Below are positions 61,591 through 64,000 of a DNA stretch of 64,000 bases, one piece after another. Position 1 is the stretch's first letter; every line of letters starts with the position of its first letter. A program made the position numbers and the translations under genes. Source of the stretch: an uncultured virus (IMG/VR IMGVR_UViG_3300042556_003278). Its lineage: Duplodnaviria; Heunggongvirae; Uroviricota; Caudoviricetes. Under the pieces are notes generated by a model that was not told the DNA's origin, did no database searches, and worked only from the letters and a program-made list of their open reading frames with translations. Location of the stretch: IMG/VR virus record IMGVR_UViG_3300042556_003278. One strand, given 5' to 3'.

Positions 61591-62907
61591 ATGGCTACCA
61601 CCCGCAGCGACGGCAAAATGACCCGCGAAGAGCTGGAACGCGAAGAGGAATTAGAGCGAATCCGACGCCAGCGTAAAAACAGCGAACGCAACCAGGGGCG
61701 CGACCCTGATGAGCGGGCCATCAGTCAGGCTGAGATTCTCCTGACTTCGCAGGGTTTTTCGGCTGCCAAAGCCGGGAAGAATCGTGGTCGGGTTCGCGAT
61801 GTTGTTCAGCGTGCCGCCGAAGCCGAGCCTATGACCGAAGCCGGTCGCAAGCGGCAGGAGCGGGTGCTTGGGCAATACGACGACTTCATGCGCGACGCCG
61901 ACGAGTTCGCGGGCAAACCGGTCGGCAACTACGAGCCGGTCAAACCCCGGTGGAAGGAGCGCGAGGAGGCGGCGGAGAAGGCAGTGGCCGAGGTCAAAGC
62001 AAAAGGAGACAAGGCTTTTGAGAAAGCAAAGTCTGAGGGGTGGGAACTTTATGAAGAAGGAAGTTTCCCGACTGGCTACAAAGCAGGCGAACGTGCAGCC
62101 GACGGGCCGGACGACGAACAGCTAGTTACTATACAAACACCATCTGGAGGAAGTATAGTCGCTAAAGGAAAAAACATAAGTGATAATTTGTATGGCAGCA
62201 ACAGGCGGGATATAGATCGCGCGGAGGCCGCTGAGGAATTCCAGCAACGTCTGGCCGAGAGGCGAAGAGATCGTAAGTTTGCCGAGGCCGAGCAACTTTC
62301 CTCACGTCTTGCAGACAAAGGAATAGATCAGACGCCAACCAAGAAAGACGGCACCCCGGACGTCGACAGAATGCGGGGCATGCTGTCGGCGGCGACCTTC
62401 CAAGAATGGGACGAAGCGGACCGAATGTTGGCGCAAGGACGCGCCCAGCAAAAATCTGACCGGCAGCGGTTGCGCCAAGTGAACATCGCACTCCGTGAGG
62501 GCGGCGGCCGTGGGGGCCTGATGAGCAACGCGGAGCGTGCGGCTCTTGAATCGGAAGCAGCTAACTTACGCAACGCCACACAGTATATGAACGACGAGGC
62601 TTTGCGCAGCTACGGCAGAGACTCCGAGCAAACCCGACTGGCGGAAATCCGCAAAGCCAACGAGATCGCCGAGGCGCAACGCAAACAGGCCAACGCTTTG
62701 GCGACCAAAGCCGAGTCGGCGGGTTTTGTGATGTCCGACCAAGAACTGAGCGGCATGGGGCTTCCTTCACTGAGCGACGACAAGGCGTGGGAAGAAGCGC
62801 TTAAAAATAATCCGATGTTGGAGCCGCTCTATAAAGCTCTCAAATCCTCCAAGAAAATTTCCCGCACCGGCAGAACTATGGCCGACGCGTTGACTGCACT
62901 GACTTGA
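61591..62907 (+). CDS. Charged helical protein, probable internal virion protein (phage B)
   Basis: E/R/A-rich coiled coil after adaptor. Confidence 0.5.
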   Translation: MATTRSDGKMTREELEREEELERIRRQRKNSERNQGRDPDERAISQAEILLTSQGFSAAKAGKNRGRVRDVVQRAAEAEPMTEAGRKRQERVLGQYDDFMRDADEFAGKPVGNYEPVKPRWKEREEAAEKAVAEVKAKGDKAFEKAKSEGWELYEEGSFPTGYKAGERAADGPDDEQLVTIQTPSGGSIVAKGKNISDNLYGSNRRDIDRAEAAEEFQQRLAERRRDRKFAEAEQLSSRLADKGIDQTPTKKDGTPDVDRMRGMLSAATFQEWDEADRMLAQGRAQQKSDRQRLRQVNIALREGGGRGGLMSNAERAALESEAANLRNATQYMNDEALRSYGRDSEQTRLAEIRKANEIAEAQRKQANALATKAESAGFVMSDQELSGMGLPSLSDDKAWEEALKNNPMLEPLYKALKSSKKISRTGRTMADALTALT

Positions 62908-62908
62908 T

Positions 62909-64000
62909 ATGAAATACCGCCCTTACCGTTCGGTCTACAACGAAGAAGAAGATGAAGACAAATCTGTGTTTTCGTTCGAAGACGAATTTGGTTCGGACCC
63001 TTTGCTGCGCCGGTATGGGGTGACGCCGACTGCCGTCCGCGCGGCCACCGCCAATGCCGAGCTGGCCACGGCCAAGCGCTTGAACGCCGAGGCCGATCTT
63101 GAAGTAGCCCAAGCCGAACAAGAGGCCCGGATTGCCCCCCTGCGTGCGGTGGCGGACCGCTTCAAAATGATCAACGAGTTGTCTTCGCAGAAATACCAGT
63201 TGGAACAAGACGCTCGGACTAGAACGGCCGCTACCAGCATCAATGACTTGTTGCCGAAGATTGGCAGCGCCACGGAATTGGAGGAACTTATAGCCAATAA
63301 CTCCGACGGTCTTTTGGATAAAGAAACGAGCTTGCGGGTTGACGCCAGGCGTCTGCAACTGCGGACAAGGGACAAAGCCGAGCTGCGTTCCAAGTTGCCC
63401 AAGGCGATGTCCACCGCAGAGATCAATGATTTCAAAATGTGGGCTGGAGAGCGGCAGCTATTGGGCGATCCCGAAGTCACCAGTTTGTTTGACACTTGGA
63501 GTCAAGTTGCCGGGGAGAAGGAATCCTTGATGGAAGGTTTGCGCAATAAGGGCGTGCAGCAAATGCCAGTGACTCCAAGCTTGGAGTTCGATGTCGCTAC
63601 GGCAAGGGACGCACTGCGTGGGGAATACACCCGCCAGGATGTCTCTACAGATCGCACCATTCTGGAGAATCTTAATAGACAGCGCACGAGTATTCTGGAC
63701 CCGGATGCGCCTGAAGCTCAGGAACTGGACGAACAGATCAAGATGGTCACGGACCGTCTGTTGGCTGCGGGCAACCAGGGCTCGACCGAGCGGGCCCGTT
63801 CGCAGGAGATATTAAGCGGTCTAGGGGGAGCCGGTGAACAATTCGAGTCGGAGTCCGATAGTTTCATCTATGGTCCATCAAAACCCAAAGCCCCGGCCGC
63901 CGACCAGCCAACCGCGCCGCCTGCCCCCACGGAACCAACGCCAACACCCGCGCCGCCTGAACCTGAGTCGGAAGCTGAAGTCGCCCGAAAAGCCGAAGAG
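62909..64000 (+). CDS. Helical protein running off the window end; not in ORF track
   Basis: MKYRPYRSVYNEEEDED... open to 64000. Confidence 0.65.
   Translation, partial: MKYRPYRSVYNEEEDEDKSVFSFEDEFGSDPLLRRYGVTPTAVRAATANAELATAKRLNAEADLEVAQAEQEARIAPLRAVADRFKMINELSSQKYQLEQDARTRTAATSINDLLPKIGSATELEELIANNSDGLLDKETSLRVDARRLQLRTRDKAELRSKLPKAMSTAEINDFKMWAGERQLLGDPEVTSLFDTWSQVAGEKESLMEGLRNKGVQQMPVTPSLEFDVATARDALRGEYTRQDVSTDRTILENLNRQRTSILDPDAPEAQELDEQIKMVTDRLLAAGNQGSTERARSQEILSGLGGAGEQFESESDSFIYGPSKPKAPAADQPTAPPAPTEPTPTPAPPEPESEAEVARKAEE

Noticed and set aside
1..64000. Specific host assignment
   Set aside because: No host genes in the window; needs the tRNA-Cys or spacer search.

Overview
The window is entirely tailed-phage DNA, GC-rich and almost all on the + strand. 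Positions 1-51,925 read as one complete, circularly permuted temperate podovirus-like genome (~51.9 kb, phage A). Its modules are: lysis; an oppositely oriented GT9 glycosyltransferase; scaffold, major capsid, adaptor and nozzle; two ribbon-helix-helix regulators; a Sak4/exonuclease/SSB/initiator block; accessory early genes; an intact attP (3' part of tRNA-Cys plus arm repeats) with a tyrosine integrase; terS/terL; an array of variable gene cassettes; a 5,893-aa polyvalent (DarB-like) protein; portal; and tail genes. Bases 1-357 recur almost exactly at 51,926-52,282, after which the sequence becomes a second, non-identical tail/lysis/ejection module (phage B; cointegrate or assembly chimera). 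Three signals stand out. (i) Five unrelated, low-complexity cassette genes share only a C-terminal (K/R)-x-(G/K)-L-x-x-L-R tag and a conserved boundary/promoter motif. (ii) The giant protein carries zeta-toxin-like, adenine MTase, Strawberry-notch helicase and a complete sigma-70 module, with three small genes overprinted in its +1 frame just ahead of three of these modules. (iii) A polarised GTC(A/G)A-N5-TTGAC motif occurs about 19 times, only in phage A. All family calls are from motif recognition by eye; no database searches were run.
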